Below are positions 12,366-26,025 of a stretch of DNA of 64,000 nucleotides, in pieces; within the stretch, counting starts at the first letter, position 1; each line of letters opens with the position of its first letter. The position numbers and the translations under genes were made by a program. Location: the NCBI RefSeq assembly GCF_006345805.1, contig NC_043003.1, forward strand, positions 5,642,001 to 5,706,000, in the 5' to 3' direction. Source of the stretch: Octopus sinensis. Taxonomy: Eukaryota. The notes under the pieces were generated by a model, which was not told where the DNA came from, made no database searches, and worked only from the letters and a program-made list of their open reading frames with translations.

Positions 12366-13119
12366 AGAATAACAACAACAACGTTCAGGTTCTCATATTG
12401 TACCTTTTTTCTACTTTGTATTTCTAATCTAAATGTACATAGTCGTTATCAACAGTTATACAGCTTTCATTAACATACAATGATTTTGAGTTTTAGTAAA
12501 ACAACGTTACTAATTCGCACAAAACTGACATAAACAATCTCATAACATTATTTCTTTACAAGTCTTATATAACGTTTTATATTATTTTCATTAATATATT
12601 TCAATGTTTTCTCTTGTCGTAATACCCAATCACTTCTCATTTTTTGAAATCACACTTGTCATACGCTGGGAACATCTCGTGCCTCTACACTCGTGTAACC
12701 CTGCAAGCTTTGCTAAAACATAAAGCTGCTCTCTCTTTACAGTTGCTTTGATTTGCAAATATATTTAATGGCGATTTCATTTTAAACAGTCGAGAAGAGT
12801 TGAAATGAACGTTTTCAGTTGGAAATGAATGCACTAAATATTTGTATGCACTGTTTAGTGGGTCATAAAAGGAAAAATAATCACAGGGTAGTTCACCTGG
12901 CTTGAAATTCGAGCTTTCTTAGATTTTGTTTGAAGTGTACCAACAGTAACTACATAGCGAAGTATTTCAAGGTGAAAGAGGAAACCGAAAGGGATATGAT
13001 GTCTGCTCCTTTAACAGACAACCAACAAACCAACCGGTCAACCAACCAACCACAGTACCTCAGAGATTATCAGTTTGATTGAATGTAAGCAGATCTTTCG
13101 GGTTTAAAATCAGAAAACA

Positions 13120-13250
13120 GCTGCACACCTCTAGCAGAGTCGTGTCATGTATCAAGAAAAAGATGTATTTCCAGCTGTCAGTTGTCACCAGGACAGTCGA
13201 GGTGGTCAAAACAATTGGTACTGTCCAGTTTGTCCAGGATATCCTCACTT
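13120..13250 (+). mobile_element. Possible piggyBac transposase C-terminal Cys-rich remnant
   Basis: ...NWYCPVCPGYP resembles the T-x-(W/Y)YC-x-x-C-P-x-x-P motif of piggyBac cysteine-rich domains; short and truncated. Confidence 0.35.
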
Positions 13251-13419
13251 CCCATAAAGCTGACGAAAGCCATCACAGGATAACCTAAAATGAAGACTCT
13301 ACGAGTAATTCACGAAAACATCAAACGCCTCGTGAAATAAGTCATGTACTGATCTTTCTCTAATGATAATTACCAGGACCAGAATCGAACAGAAGAAATG
13401 ACAGTTTCATCTAAGTGGA

Positions 13420-13770
13420 CCCTACAACTGTACCCATCGATCACTTTGTCCATTGTGACCACAGGTGTTGGGAGAAACGAGGTATCTTGAATGATGACTT
13501 CATTTCTTCCTTGAAGACCTCAGGATCAGTGTCGACCCTACAGTCTCTTGATGTATTTAGAGTCAAAATTGTAGAGAAAAGTAATTTCGAAAGAGCTGCA
13601 CGTCCTCCACAATCACTCCTCTTTCCTCCTTGATCTCGTGGTCGAGGTGTTGGGTGGGGACTATGATTTTTAAAATCATTGTTTCCTCGGTTCGGTATCT
13701 GAATTCGAACGTAAATTAAGACTAGAATATCGGCAAGAAGTAGACAGTTGACGGATCTACAATAATTCAC
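13420..13770 (-). mobile_element. Degenerate L2/CR1-group LINE C-terminal fragment
   Basis: ILVLIYVRIQIPN...HSPHP and DPEVFKEEMKSSFKIP loosely parallel the better preserved copy at 46205-46700. Confidence 0.4.
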
Positions 13771-14119
13771 AACTGACATTAGAGCTATAACGGAGGGCAT
13801 GGATGGAAAACACGTTCCTCCTGACAAGAAACACATTGATGGCCAAGCTGAGGCCATCGTTATGGCTGAGTGCAGTGTCATCGGATAAAGTCTGTAAAAT
13901 ATCTACATGAGCTCGCTTAGGGGTTTTTTGGTGAAATATTTCTTCGATTTCTTAAACATTTTGTGTTCTCAATTACCTTGCACACTGGGTAAATATGCAC
14001 ACACGCGCACATACCCACACATACGCACAAACGCATATACACACATACATATATAGTCTCCATTCCTTCGAATGGATTTTACGTCAAATTCTGGAAATAT
14101 TTACCGTTCAGATTGTCAT

Positions 14120-14520
14120 GGTTTGGGTCTTACAAGCGAGCATCAGTAAGAGTCCAGAGCAAATATTATGAAATTAATCTCATAGTTTAGCAATGAATAT
14201 AAATGGGCCTCAACTAGAATATTATTAGCTGATGTATTTAGGTTAAACAGCAAAACTTGCATCTAGAGACGCACAAATGTATCAGATTGGCACGCAAAAA
14301 TCGATGATAGGTTTACTATTACGGGAACGTATCCGAAACGAAATAACTGGAAAACGGACTGGAATGAACGAGGTAATCACTGAACACCAAAATCACAAGT
14401 TCCATTGGGGTAAAGATGTCCTAAGGTTCACAGACAACAGGTTGACCGACGAGATTTTCGAATGAGATACAAGAGATAGGAAGAGGTATTTGTGACCAGT
14501 TATTCAGATAGACATCTCGG
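14120..14520 (+). mobile_element. RTE LINE fragment
   Basis: QKSMIGLLLRERIRNEITGKRTGMNEVI...KFHWGKDVLRFTDNRLTDEIFE matches the RTE pattern MLGISLRDRIRNE...KW-x-WAGH...DGRW. Confidence 0.75.
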
Positions 14521-14580
14521 AATCTGGTCAGTAGAATGATAAAACAAGATGTGTACGAATGTTCGTATACATATACGCAT

Positions 14581-14651
<71 letters not shown>

Positions 14652-14873
14652 AAGAGCAAAGGAGGGAGAGAGAGAGAGGGAGAGAGAGATGGACAAGTAA
14701 ACCTATCCATATCTCTGTATATTTAAATATTGATAATTCTATCAAGCCATAAATACACATATCCAAATCATTGAAAATCAATAAACACTCATTCAAGACT
14801 TGTAAGCACTCAAATTATTGGTAGAGAGTTATAAGCATACTGATATACATACATGCATACATACATACATACA

Positions 14874-14922
<49 letters not shown>

Positions 14923-15048
14923 GCGTTATGGTGTGTGTGTGTAATTGTATATACACTCATATTTATACATACATATTTATGCGAATACACACTAACACAA
15001 ATATATAATGTACAATCACCGATGCACGTATTTACCCTTATGTACGTG

Positions 15049-15105
<57 letters not shown>

Positions 15106-15624
15106 CTGTAAAAGATAACAGTCAGGAACACATACATGCAGTTGCTTACACCATCTATATACTCACACACACACACATACACACGCACACGTAAACCTTC
15201 TCAGATGTTCTGGCTCGGATTTATAGACACACACAAACAAACCGGGTCACACTAATCTATATATAAGCTAATATACACATACACACACATTCACACACAC
15301 ATATATAAGTCCATCCACACACACGTAACAAATAGTAATCGCTTAAGAACATATTTTTATATAGTGTTTTTTTTCTTGCTCCAGTTTCAAGTTTCTATTA
15401 ATTCTTGTTACTCTTTTTTAAGTTGTTGCATTTGGCGGCCATTCTTGTGGTTTACTTTCTCTCATTTTTTGTAGCAAATGTTGTCGTTGTAGTTGTTACT
15501 ATACATATATTGTTGCTGTTGTTGTTGCTGCTGTTGTTGTTCTCAGAACTATGTACCGTACTATCTTATAAAATAACTCATTCGTATCACTAACTTTCTA
15601 TGACATATCTTAAAAATATTCAAC

Positions 15625-15693
15625 GGTTATTATTATTATTATATTATTATTTATTATTAATATCATTATTTTTATTATTTATTATTAATATCA

Positions 15694-15739
<46 letters not shown>

Positions 15740-15895
15740 TTATTATTATCATAATTATTAATATCATTATTAATATTATTATTATTTATTATTATTATTA
15801 TTAATATCATTATTATTATTAATATCATTACTATTATTGTTATTATTATTATTATTATTATTATATTGTAAATATTTTTATTATTATTATTATTA
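15625..15895. repeat. (ATT)n-rich microsatellite
   Basis: Directly visible. Confidence 0.9.
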
Positions 15896-15965
15896 TTTAA
15901 AATTCATATACGTGTGTATATATGTATATATACATATATACATATATATACACATTTGTGAGTCC

Positions 15966-15996
<31 letters not shown>

Positions 15997-16064
15997 CATA
16001 CGCAAATAGTTGCTTTCGCTCAGTTCGAGCAATCACTTCCAATACATCACTGGCCTGCATGAAC

Positions 16065-16470
16065 TACCACCAACACCACCGTCATAAAGTCATTAAGTCC
16101 ATCACTACCACCATCACTACCACCATCACACGCACCACCATTATTACCCTTACATACCATATCGCGACCACTACCACCACCGCTAACATCGTCTCCAACT
16201 ACACCGCGAGCAGTAAAAGTTCCGCCACCATTATCCTCTCTACATCTGTTTCCATAATGCACAACATCCTACCCTCACCACTACGGTAAATAGTATATTC
16301 AACATAATCCCAACTACTACCACCACTCTCATTACTACCACTCCCACATCTCCCAATAATGACACGACTGCAATCTGTGTCACCCTCCCCACCACCATCT
16401 CCTTCACAACTACCACCGCAGTTCTATAATTTGTGGCAGTGCTACTGTAAGACAAATATTCTACACCACC
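16065..16470. repeat. Degenerate (ACC/ACT)n low-complexity tract
   Basis: CACCACCAT-rich; a similar tract lies at 32393-32505. Confidence 0.7.
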
Positions 16471-16542
16471 AGTTCAATCATTTTGACCAGGTGACTGCCA
16501 AAATACAACAGCAACAAACAGGTTTACAGGCGTATATACATA

Positions 16543-16815
16543 CATGATGGCCGTCCACTCGTGACCGAGGAATACAATTACTGACCTTCAGGAACATTGT
16601 GCGCTCTAGGACTAACTTATATTTTGCATTTGCGGCTCCGTTGGTGGCTAATGAGCCCTGCTCTTGACAAGAATACACGACTGCAAACATAGCAAACCAA
16701 GCTTTCGAGCAACACGCAGAATACTTGCTCTCTCAAAGGTGTCCACTCCCTCCTTAATCTGCTTCCTCCATCTGTGGCGATAACAGGCATTGCTCTCTTA
16801 GTCAGTCTCCTTCAC
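16543..16815 (-). mobile_element. RTE (BovB-like) LINE 3' end, second subfamily
   Basis: RWRKQIKEGVDTFE...LVCYVCSRVFLSRAGLISHQRSRKCKI* with 3' UTR ending GGTCACGAGTGGACGGCCATCAT. Confidence 0.75.
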
Positions 16816-16939
16816 GTTACAGGCTTCTAATGAGGACTTGAAACAGTCTGCTACGGTCTCGTTCTATTAACAAGTTATCTATATAGCATACATACATAAT
16901 ACATACATACGTACATACATAATACATACATATATAATA

Positions 16940-17225
16940 TCATGGCTCGGCTTCGCGAACGAAGATCATGATGGCTGTCTACGTCGCGTGCATGCACGCT
17001 CATGACTAACAACTCCGATTTGGGAAAGGCAGGTCCGTGAGCAGTGTCCACAGACGAAGGTAACATCCGGTGTGGTGTCAGAGACTGCTCACACCTTCCT
17101 ACTGCATCTCTTGTCTTTAAGCGCGTCTTTTCTTTGTTCCTCAAACTTGTTGACTGCGTTGAAGATCGTGTGGCGCCAGACATCACGGTCAGCAGCCAGG
17201 TCTGACCAGCATTGGTGGTTAATAG
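16940..17225 (-). mobile_element. RTE (BovB-like) LINE 3' end, third subfamily
   Basis: WSDLAADRDVWRHTIFNAVNKFEEQR...FVCGHCSRTCLSQIGVVSHERAC with UTR ending GCGAAGCCGAGCCATGAT. Confidence 0.85.
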
Positions 17226-17334
17226 CATGTCATATTAACATATATAATATATACATGCATAATAGATACATACATACACACGCACACACACATATGTATA
17301 GTGAGAATTTACAAAAAAAATGCAAAAGACGAAA

Positions 17335-17495
17335 CGGGATGTGTAAACAACAAACAGATGTATTAGCTTAACGCTCGGGAAGTGAGAAAGTCTATTAGGT
17401 TTCGAGCTTACGCTCTTCGACAGAAAGGAACACAAGGAAATAAGCAGGGAGAGAAAATAGAAAAGGTTTAGTGGCTAGCGATCTATCATGGCGAA
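17335..17495 (-). mobile_element. ~190-bp non-coding element with a variant hammerhead-like core, copy 1
   Basis: Homologous to 19215-19410 (+) and 34975-35160 (-). Motif CTGTCGAAGAGCGTAAGCTCGAAACCTAA at 17395-17423. Confidence 0.75.
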
Positions 17496-18119
17496 ACATA
17501 AATACGTACACACATACGTAATACATACATAATACATGCATACATACATAATATATACATACATGATACATACATACACACACATATATACTCACATACA
17601 TTCATACATATCTGGAGTACCTCATATCCTAAGTATGTACCAACACTATTGTCCTGGGGCTAAACAACAACACGTAAATACTTTTATATTCTTTTAGGCT
17701 GCTAAATTAAATCCATGGATCCACTATTTTAGAAAATGTTACAAAGCAATACCAACATCTTTAAATAAACAAGGAATAGATTCTTAACTTTCGTGCCACA
17801 AGCTGCATTACAGAGTTTCTTCTCTTCGATGATTATCGATTCTTCAAATTTACCGAGCTATGGTGTCTGTAGTGAAGAAATGTGTTTAGAAGCAATGAAT
17901 CTTATGATCGTTATTTTACGGAAAATCTGAGAGAAGGAACGTCGGAAAGAGTAGAAAGATGGTCAACGTGTGTTGCAATGTTAGAGTACAAGCTTCATAT
18001 GAAGTCTTTGCTTCTTTGTGGAAGGAGGTTTACCCTGACAGGTAGAGGCATGGGAAGACGGTTAAAAGTTCGATATCTAGTATCGTGATACTCTATTCGA
18101 TTTCATTGCCTAACACCGT

Positions 18120-18300
18120 GAGCAGTAGGCGCAGTCTGGCTAAATCGGTAAGACGTTCGCTTCACAGCCAGCAAGTCTTGGGCTCGCCACCTCCGCATGA
18201 CACCTTGGATAACGACTATTAGCTCGTTATCCATAATAACTATTCGGACATTTTCACTGACCTATATTTCAGTTAAACAAAAATGGGACTTGTTGCGTCC
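18120..18300 (+). mobile_element. Highly degenerate SINE (family C-like)
   Basis: tRNA-like start GGCGCAGTCTGGCTAAATCGGTAAGACG... followed by CACCTTGGA. Confidence 0.4.
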
Positions 18301-18330
18301 CTGTGTGTGTGATACGTACATATATGTGTG

Positions 18331-18363
<33 letters not shown>

Positions 18364-18384
18364 ATGTGTGTGTGTGTGTGTGTG

Positions 18385-18590
18385 TAGATAGATGGATGGA
18401 TGGATGGATGGAAAGATAGAAAGATAGATAGACAGACAGACAGAAAGATAGACAGATAGAAAGATAGACAGATAGATAGACAGAAATATAGACAGACAGA
18501 AAGATAGACAGACAGAAAGATAGACAGAAAGACAGACAGACAGACAGATAGACAGACAGACAGACAGATCGATAGATAGATAGATATATA
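18385..18590. repeat. Compound (GATG)/(GATA)/(GACA) microsatellite
   Basis: Directly visible; similar tracts at 41705-41890, 59265-59540 and 60650-60725. Confidence 0.95.
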
Positions 18591-19214
18591 TGAAATACCA
18601 ACTTTATTTGGGTTCGTACTCAGTTCATTTCTATGAACAACAGTTGGTGAAGTATCTTGGCTATGTTCGTGTACTTTTTGGTCTCAGGATTAGTCTTATG
18701 TTTTTAAACATCCTAAGCTATTATCCGCAACAGAATCCTGAATGTATTGCATTTTGTATTACTTTTTAAATATAGCTGTTATTTCTCAATGATACACAGA
18801 AAACATTGCTTCATCTCCTTGCCTTGCCCCTTGCCATATCCCCTTGTCCGTTCCTTGCATATACAATTAACAAACAATGTAGATGTAAATAGTATTTTTT
18901 CATGTTTATTTAAACATGTCTCTTTAGTTCAACGGCGGTTGACGATGTGACTAGGAAATGGACCAATGACTCATGATCTGGTTTAGAGAAGAAACCTGCG
19001 GTAAATATTCGACAATAAAATATTTCAAGTCTGTTCACAGGATCATCGATCACCTGCTGAATCGTTGTGCATTCTCAGCTGCTATTATCTCGTTTACAAC
19101 AACTAAAATACTAAAATGTCTGGCATCATGTGCGTCGTCATTCTCAGACAAATTCACATACAATCTCACATACACATATATATGTGAATATGCGCATACG
19201 CACACAACATGAAC

Positions 19215-19404
19215 ATATATGATAGATCGTTAGCCACTATACACATTTTTTCTCTCCTTGTTTTTTTCTGTGACCTTTTCTGTAGAAGAGCGTAGGCTCA
19301 AAACGTAAAAGACTTATTCTATTCCTGAGCGTTATACTAATACATCTGTTTGCTTGTACACCACCTGTCTTCGTCTTTTGGTGTGTTTTTTTTTTGTAAA
19401 CTCT

Positions 19405-19410
<6 letters not shown>
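19215..19410 (+). mobile_element. ~190-bp hammerhead-like element, copy 2
   Basis: GATAGATCGTTAGCCACTA...CTGTAGAAGAGCGTAGGCTCAAAACGTAAAAGAC...CACCACCTGTCTT. Confidence 0.75.
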
Positions 19411-19471
<61 letters not shown>

Positions 19472-19479
19472 ATATATAT

Positions 19480-19775
19480 CACCGTGATCACCGTGACCGA
19501 CCAGGCTCTCAGATGTTGCTACACATCGCTGGTCACAAAGCGCTTCGCATTGTTTTAGCCTTCAAATGACTCCATCCCGCTGGCTAAGCGAGTAGGCCAA
19601 CAGAAGAAAGAGTGAGAGAAAGTTGTGGCGGAAGAGTACAGCAGGGATCGTCACCCCACTCTGCCGGAGCCTCGTGGAGCTTGAGGCGTTTTTGCTCAAT
19701 AAGCACTCACAACGCTCGGTCTGGGAATCGAAACCGCGATCCTACGATCGCGAGTCCGCTGCCCTAACCACTGGC

Positions 19776-19777
<2 letters not shown>
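19480..19777 (-). mobile_element. SINE family A head and body with a different 3' tail
   Basis: Head matches 57445 onward; the tail ends ...CCTGGTCGGTCACGGTGATCACGGTG, unlike the other copies. Confidence 0.85.
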
Positions 19778-19839
<62 letters not shown>

Positions 19840-20514
19840 TCATATATAGCGGGGAGGATTGTACACTTATAGAGAGCAAGTAGGATGCGAATAATGTGGT
19901 GGACAAATTGCGCTGAATATTTAGTTACGTCTGTTTATGGCCGAAGTTCAAATCGCGATGAAGTCGGTACTACATTTCAATTTTGTAGACTCGATGCAAC
20001 AGTCAAGTACTAATGTCAACTTAATCGATTGGCACCGCCCCGAAAATTTTTGGTACTGTGCCGATGTTAGAAATCAATATTATGATTATTAATTTTTTAA
20101 TTACCGTGTAGAATGGTATGTTGGGTATAGATAATGACGCGGTGAAGAAGTGTTATTGAGTTCTGTCTCCCTCAGAGGAATTTGAGGTATTTAAACAATT
20201 AAATACATGTAAATTAATTTGCTGGTAGGCAGAAAAATTCATTAATATATAAATGTGTGCCTTATAAGCACTACAACGTAATCATATATGTACGTATGTG
20301 TTAGAGATAGGATGAGGGAGGGAGACTGAGAGAGAGATGGAAACTGAGAGAGAGAGAGAGAGTGAAATGAGGTGAGAAGTAGGTAAGGTGAATGGAGGAG
20401 AGAGTTAGAGGCTTCTGGTGTTATGCATAGTAATGTTGTCACATGTCTCTGTAGGAGGATGTCAATGTGACCGCCTCTAGGGGTGGATAGGAATACACAT
20501 ACAGACATATACAG

Positions 20515-20559
<45 letters not shown>

Positions 20560-21310
20560 ATACATAGTCACATATATCGTATGTACTTATATAAAGAACC
20601 TTTATAGATGGAGACCCATTCACCCGATCTACGTTTACAGAAATATCTTGCCACGGGTGGCAGAGTTTAGGGTAGCGAAATGATGTTAGAAATGCATTGT
20701 TTTCAGGTGTTTAATTAGATATAATCGAAGACCAAATTCTGCGGCAGTAATACATACACACACGGTGGTATATATATAAGTAGTGGAAATATGTACCCAT
20801 ATGGATGTAAAGGAGCGCGTTATAATCTTCCAGTGTGTGGGTATGAGAGAGTTAAATAGACTAAACCATCATCAGAAGCAATCTAGGTTTAACAGAAATA
20901 TATTGTCATAAGTGGTGATAGCAATAAAGTGTCTGACACCGATCATGCAAATATATACCCGTTCTGTACTGGGGTAGGCGACCTTCAATCTTGCTGTGCC
21001 CCACAATATTACAATGTTGATATGTAACTGTAGTTCTACCCCTTCAGACATTCGGTGTACGGGTGGGGATCAATTATTTCGATTGAAACCGGAATCCATC
21101 TGTAATTGTTTTTATTCATTTCAGAAGCATAAAACTTAAAGTTGGCTCCACTGGGATTCGACCACTGCACAGAGGGTTTCTTTACAAAATCCCAAGTCAT
21201 TTTGTTCATCATTTTACAGATTTGACATCTACCGCCATTCTCACCTTCTTCCTTATCATTCTGCACATAATAATAATAATAATAATAATAATAATATTAA
21301 TAAAAATTAA

Positions 21311-21344
<34 letters not shown>

Positions 21345-21413
21345 TTAATAATAATAATAATATTAATAATAATAATAATATTAATAATAATAATATATAA
21401 TAATAATAATAAT

Positions 21414-22107
21414 GTAATGAAAAGAAATATTACAAGTAACTGCAGAATATGTGGAGATGGACAAGAAACAATAAATCATATTATCTCTAGCTGCCAGTCC
21501 TGGCTAAGAAGGATATATTCACAGACATGACAGAGTTGGAACCTACATACATTGGAAGCTATGCCAACATTATGGAATAACAACAGAAAAAAGATGGTAT
21601 AGGCACACACCAGAAAAGGTCACAGAAAACGAGAAAGCAACCATACTCTGGGATATGCCGATAGACACAGATAGAGAAATTAAGGCCAACAGACCAGATA
21701 TAGTTGTCAGAGACCATGAAGAAAAAAAATGCTTTCTAATTGATGTATCAATACCGGCTGATGACAACGTGTCTCTAAAAGAAATGGAGAAACTCTCAAA
21801 ATACAAAGACCTGGAAATAGAGGTAACTAGAATGTGGAATCTGAAAACAGAAACAATTCCTATCATAGTAGGTGCATTAGGCATGATAAAAAAAAATATT
21901 CAGACAAATACATAACAAAAACACCAGGACTTACAAACACATATAACATACAGAAAATTGCACTACTAGGCACTGCACACATCCTACGCAGAACACTTTC
22001 CATACAATAACCATCAGAGCATCACAACAAATCACAGCACATACCCAAGGCACACAGAGCTGCGCTCGGTAGTGAAGTGAAAGCACGCTATAAAAATAAA
22101 ACTACTG
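21414..22107 (+). mobile_element. 5'-truncated R4/Dong LINE (CCHC finger plus restriction-like endonuclease), frameshifted
   Basis: CRICGDGQETINHIISSC...ILWDMPIDTDREIKANRPDIVVRDHEEKKCFLIDVSIPADDNVSLKEMEKLSKYKDL...IVGALG...LLGTAHILRRTLSIQ* (stop 22008-22010). Embedded between (TAA)n tracts. Confidence 0.92.
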
Positions 22108-22152
22108 AATAATAATAATAATAATAGTAATAATAATAATAATATTAATAAA

Positions 22153-22186
<34 letters not shown>

Positions 22187-22216
22187 TTAATAATAATAAT
22201 CATAATACTAATAATA

Positions 22217-22276
<60 letters not shown>

Positions 22277-22283
22277 TAATAAT

Positions 22284-22330
22284 AGTGCAAAAAATCATGT
22301 TAACTGGAACGAGTCATGTACTGAGATCAC
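22284..22330 (+). mobile_element. Tiny R4/Dong C-terminal fragment after (TAA)n
   Basis: VQKIMLTGTSHVLR, similar to 10957-10980. Confidence 0.6.
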
Positions 22331-22344
22331 TTTGACTCCAGCAT

Positions 22345-22650
22345 TCAACAGGTACTTTGTTTATCGACCCCAGAATGATGAAAGGCAAAGTCGACCTCGG
22401 CAGAATTTGAACTCAGAACATGGCGGCAGACGAATTACCGATTTCTTTACTACCCACAAGGGCTAATCACAGAGAGGACAAACATGGACAGACATAGGCA
22501 TTAAGTCGATTATATCGATCCCAGTGAGTAACTGGTACTTATTTAATCGACCCCGAAAGGATGAAAGCAAGGGCGACCTCGGCGGAATTTGAACTCAGAA
22601 ATACTGCTAAGTATTTTTACCTCGGCGTGCTAACGATTCTGCAAGCTCAC
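22345..22650 (-). mobile_element. SINE family B dimer (second unit partial)
   Basis: Two GCCTTTCATC...GTCGATAAA...AGTACC-type cores; junction near 22440 reads AGAAATCG|GTAATTCGTC on the minus strand. Confidence 0.8.
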
Positions 22651-24079
22651 GTGTTCTTATGACCAAGTTTCAGCAATAGCAACATTATGAGGATACTGTG
22701 TGTGTGTGTATGTGTGTGTGCGTGTATGAGAGAGGAAAACAAGGATAGAAAGAAAAATGAAAGAAAGTAAAACTAAAGAAAGGAAAGAATGAGTGAATGA
22801 GTGATAGAGAAGGATGTGTTATATAGTTTATTATAATGTAGTGAAGTATAAAGTAGTGAAGTGTAGCGTAGTGGAAGTATTATTATTAGAAGAGTCGGCT
22901 AATGTAAGAAACACATTAACTAAGTCAGTTGTGAAAATGTTAATTCATTTTCAATGAAGCAACAGCGAAAGTAAAAGCGTTCGGCGTTTGTCAGTAAATA
23001 GCTGTCAGTGATAACAACGTGAAGCAACGATATTTGATTAAGGATTTCCAAGTAAAACACCTGAGTCAATAAGTCACATATTACTTCGTCTTGTTCACCT
23101 TGCAGCTGTTTCTCTTGTCAGAGAATTTTCTCATCTATCATTACAGTTATCTCTTCTTTAATGAACGCGAATAAACATCGCAGCTCGTAGATGATGTTTG
23201 GCATCGTGTGTCGACTGTGTGACGTTACTGTCACGTTGCTAACACGTCGTCCTTGACACCCTATTGTTCGTGTCACGTTCTGCCACGTTGTTGTCACGTC
23301 AAATTGTCAAAAACAGTCACTGTCACGTAACTGTCAAATTACCGTCACCTTGACATTAAGATATTTTCCCGTCGATGTGAAGTTAATGTCACTTTGATGT
23401 GGAGTCACCGTCACCGTTGCATTATGTTGCTGTTGCAGTGCATCAAATTGATGTCAAGTCGCAATCTTATTACCGTAACACAACAGAAAATGGTGATATA
23501 TGTAAGCAGAGAACACTTAGCTGTTAATAGTCTGAATAACAAAGATACGTTATCTGTAGGATTCTACGAGCAATTCCATTTTCACCACCAACCCCTCCCC
23601 AACTAATGTATATTCTTTGTATTTACTGATACAATACATTAGAGAATACAGACTTGTTGATATTTCGCTGAGATAAATCAAAACGTGTGACGAGTTGTCT
23701 CCCGTACTTCTTGTATTCATTGACGGATATCTGTTCTCACCAAGTTTTTCCCTCCATTAAGTAATTATTGCTATTTAGATTCTATTTAATGGGTTTTGCA
23801 TACATGAAATATATAAACTTTAACCTAAATGACGTTTTTCCCCGCTTATGGCATCTCTATGGAATTTATTCCGCTATCATTTCTGTTTTCTAACACAAAT
23901 TAGTGCACAGTGGTTTACGTTTAGTTCGTGAATCGTCCATAACTTCTTTGACATATTCAGTAAAGTCCATGTTCCGGTGTTGAGTAGAGGCGTCAACGGG
24001 TCTAGAATCATCTTCGGTATTTAATGAAATAATAAAAAAATGTAATACCAAACATCAGTTAATATATATTTTATTTTAC

Positions 24080-24280
24080 AGAGGCGGCGAGCAGGCAGAA
24101 TCGTTAGCACGCCGGGAAAAATTCTTAGCGGCATTTTGGCCATCTTTATGTGCTGAGTTCAAAGTCTACAAAAGTCGAATCTAGTTTCCATTCTGTCGGA
24201 GCCAATAAAAGAAGCACAAATTAGAGGTAATCGACGTATATCCTGCCAAGTCTGGTACCAAAATTTGAAACCAATATATG
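24080..24280 (+). mobile_element. Degenerate SINE family B
   Basis: GGCGGCGAGCAGGCAGAATCGTTAGCACGCCGGG head and GAGTTCAAA B-box-like motif. Confidence 0.7.
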
Positions 24281-25293
24281 TCCTAATACACCACATAATT
24301 ATGTTCAGACACAGCACGCCTGCATTTAGATATCGTTAAATGTGTCCAGGGGTTTCAGGGCACACTTTAACTTCCACGGGTCAGTATCCCAAAGCTTCTC
24401 CAAGAAAGGTTCTATCACCATTTCCCTTACATTAATAATATTCTGAAACCAGGTTATGTCTGAAATATGTTTTCTAATTGCATAAGATGTAGAAACGGAT
24501 ACTTATATACACCGAAAATAAATATATTTCTATAACCGATAAAATGTGTCTGTATAAGCAAAACAGGCTTTCTATATACAGTCATCGAAATAAGACCAAA
24601 CGCAACCACATACATACGAATGAAAAGAAAAACAAACAAGCCACACGGAAAATGGAAGTAAATACACACCATCTCCCTCAAAAATACATACATACGGATA
24701 TACATGCATACATAAATGTGTATGCATGTATGCACATATATAGATACATACGTACATATATGCATGCATGCATGAATACATACATATATTGATATGTATA
24801 TATTTATGAATGTATGCATTGATAGAACCAGTTGAAACAGGATGTCATGCTAAACGTATATACACAGTTTTAAGGCCTGATGTTGCTTTTAACGTGTTAA
24901 AAACCCAACATAAGTCGGAGGCACGTGATCATCGAGCCAGATTTAACTCACAAGAATGACAGACATGCCTCTCCTCAGCTGGGGCTTCTCAGTGCAGACA
25001 ACTATCACCATGCAAGTTAAGTTTCATGCCTTGAGTAATTGAGTTATACATTCTGTGCTGCTTCGGGAGCTTTCGGTGTTGTAGGAAATGGCAGTGATTA
25101 CAAATGAAAAAGCATTAAACTTAAATCCCAGCCTCAGTATTGAACGCACCAATTGCTCTTGTGAGTCTCGGCTGCTGTGATGTTACCTGAGCTCCGATGG
25201 AAATACACTGTACTTTTTACACAAATTTATGAAGAGGTTCTATCTCAAACTAAAGCAAAAGCATCATACATAGCAACGGAATATATGTATAAA

Positions 25294-25326
<33 letters not shown>

Positions 25327-25399
25327 TACATACATACATACATACTTACGTATGGGTGCGTGCGTGTGTGTGCACGTATAGATATATACATATGTATAG

Positions 25400-25439
<40 letters not shown>

Positions 25440-25990
25440 TTACATATTTAAACATATGTATATAAATATATATCTATACATGTCAAGAATACATACGTAT
25501 GCATATCCATCTCTCTCACTCTCTATAGGTAGATAGATAGATAGAAATTTAGATATATGAATACACAGACATGTTCTTACTGGAAAGATACGGTGTAGAG
25601 AAAAAAATTGGAATCCGCAAAAAATCCTGAAGACAGACTTCAAAAAATAATGAGCTGGATATAATAAAGCAACCATGAGAACGGCAACAAAAAATGTATG
25701 CAGAAATAATGTGCATATATATAATATATATATAATTATATATATATATATTATATATATATATATATATATGCAGGCAAAAGCATAGGTATCTGTATAC
25801 ATCTATTTCATCAAACACCAGACATTCCTAAAAGATGCATCTGTTCACAGCCGTAAACAAAGGAAGAAAGCCACGTACGTAGAACTAGACAAATATACAT
25901 CTACATTTGCATTATAGATAATACCAAAGTGGATAGGAGTATAAACCATGCGAGCACACATGCACACCGAAACGCACATTCACACACATA

Positions 25991-26025
<35 letters not shown>

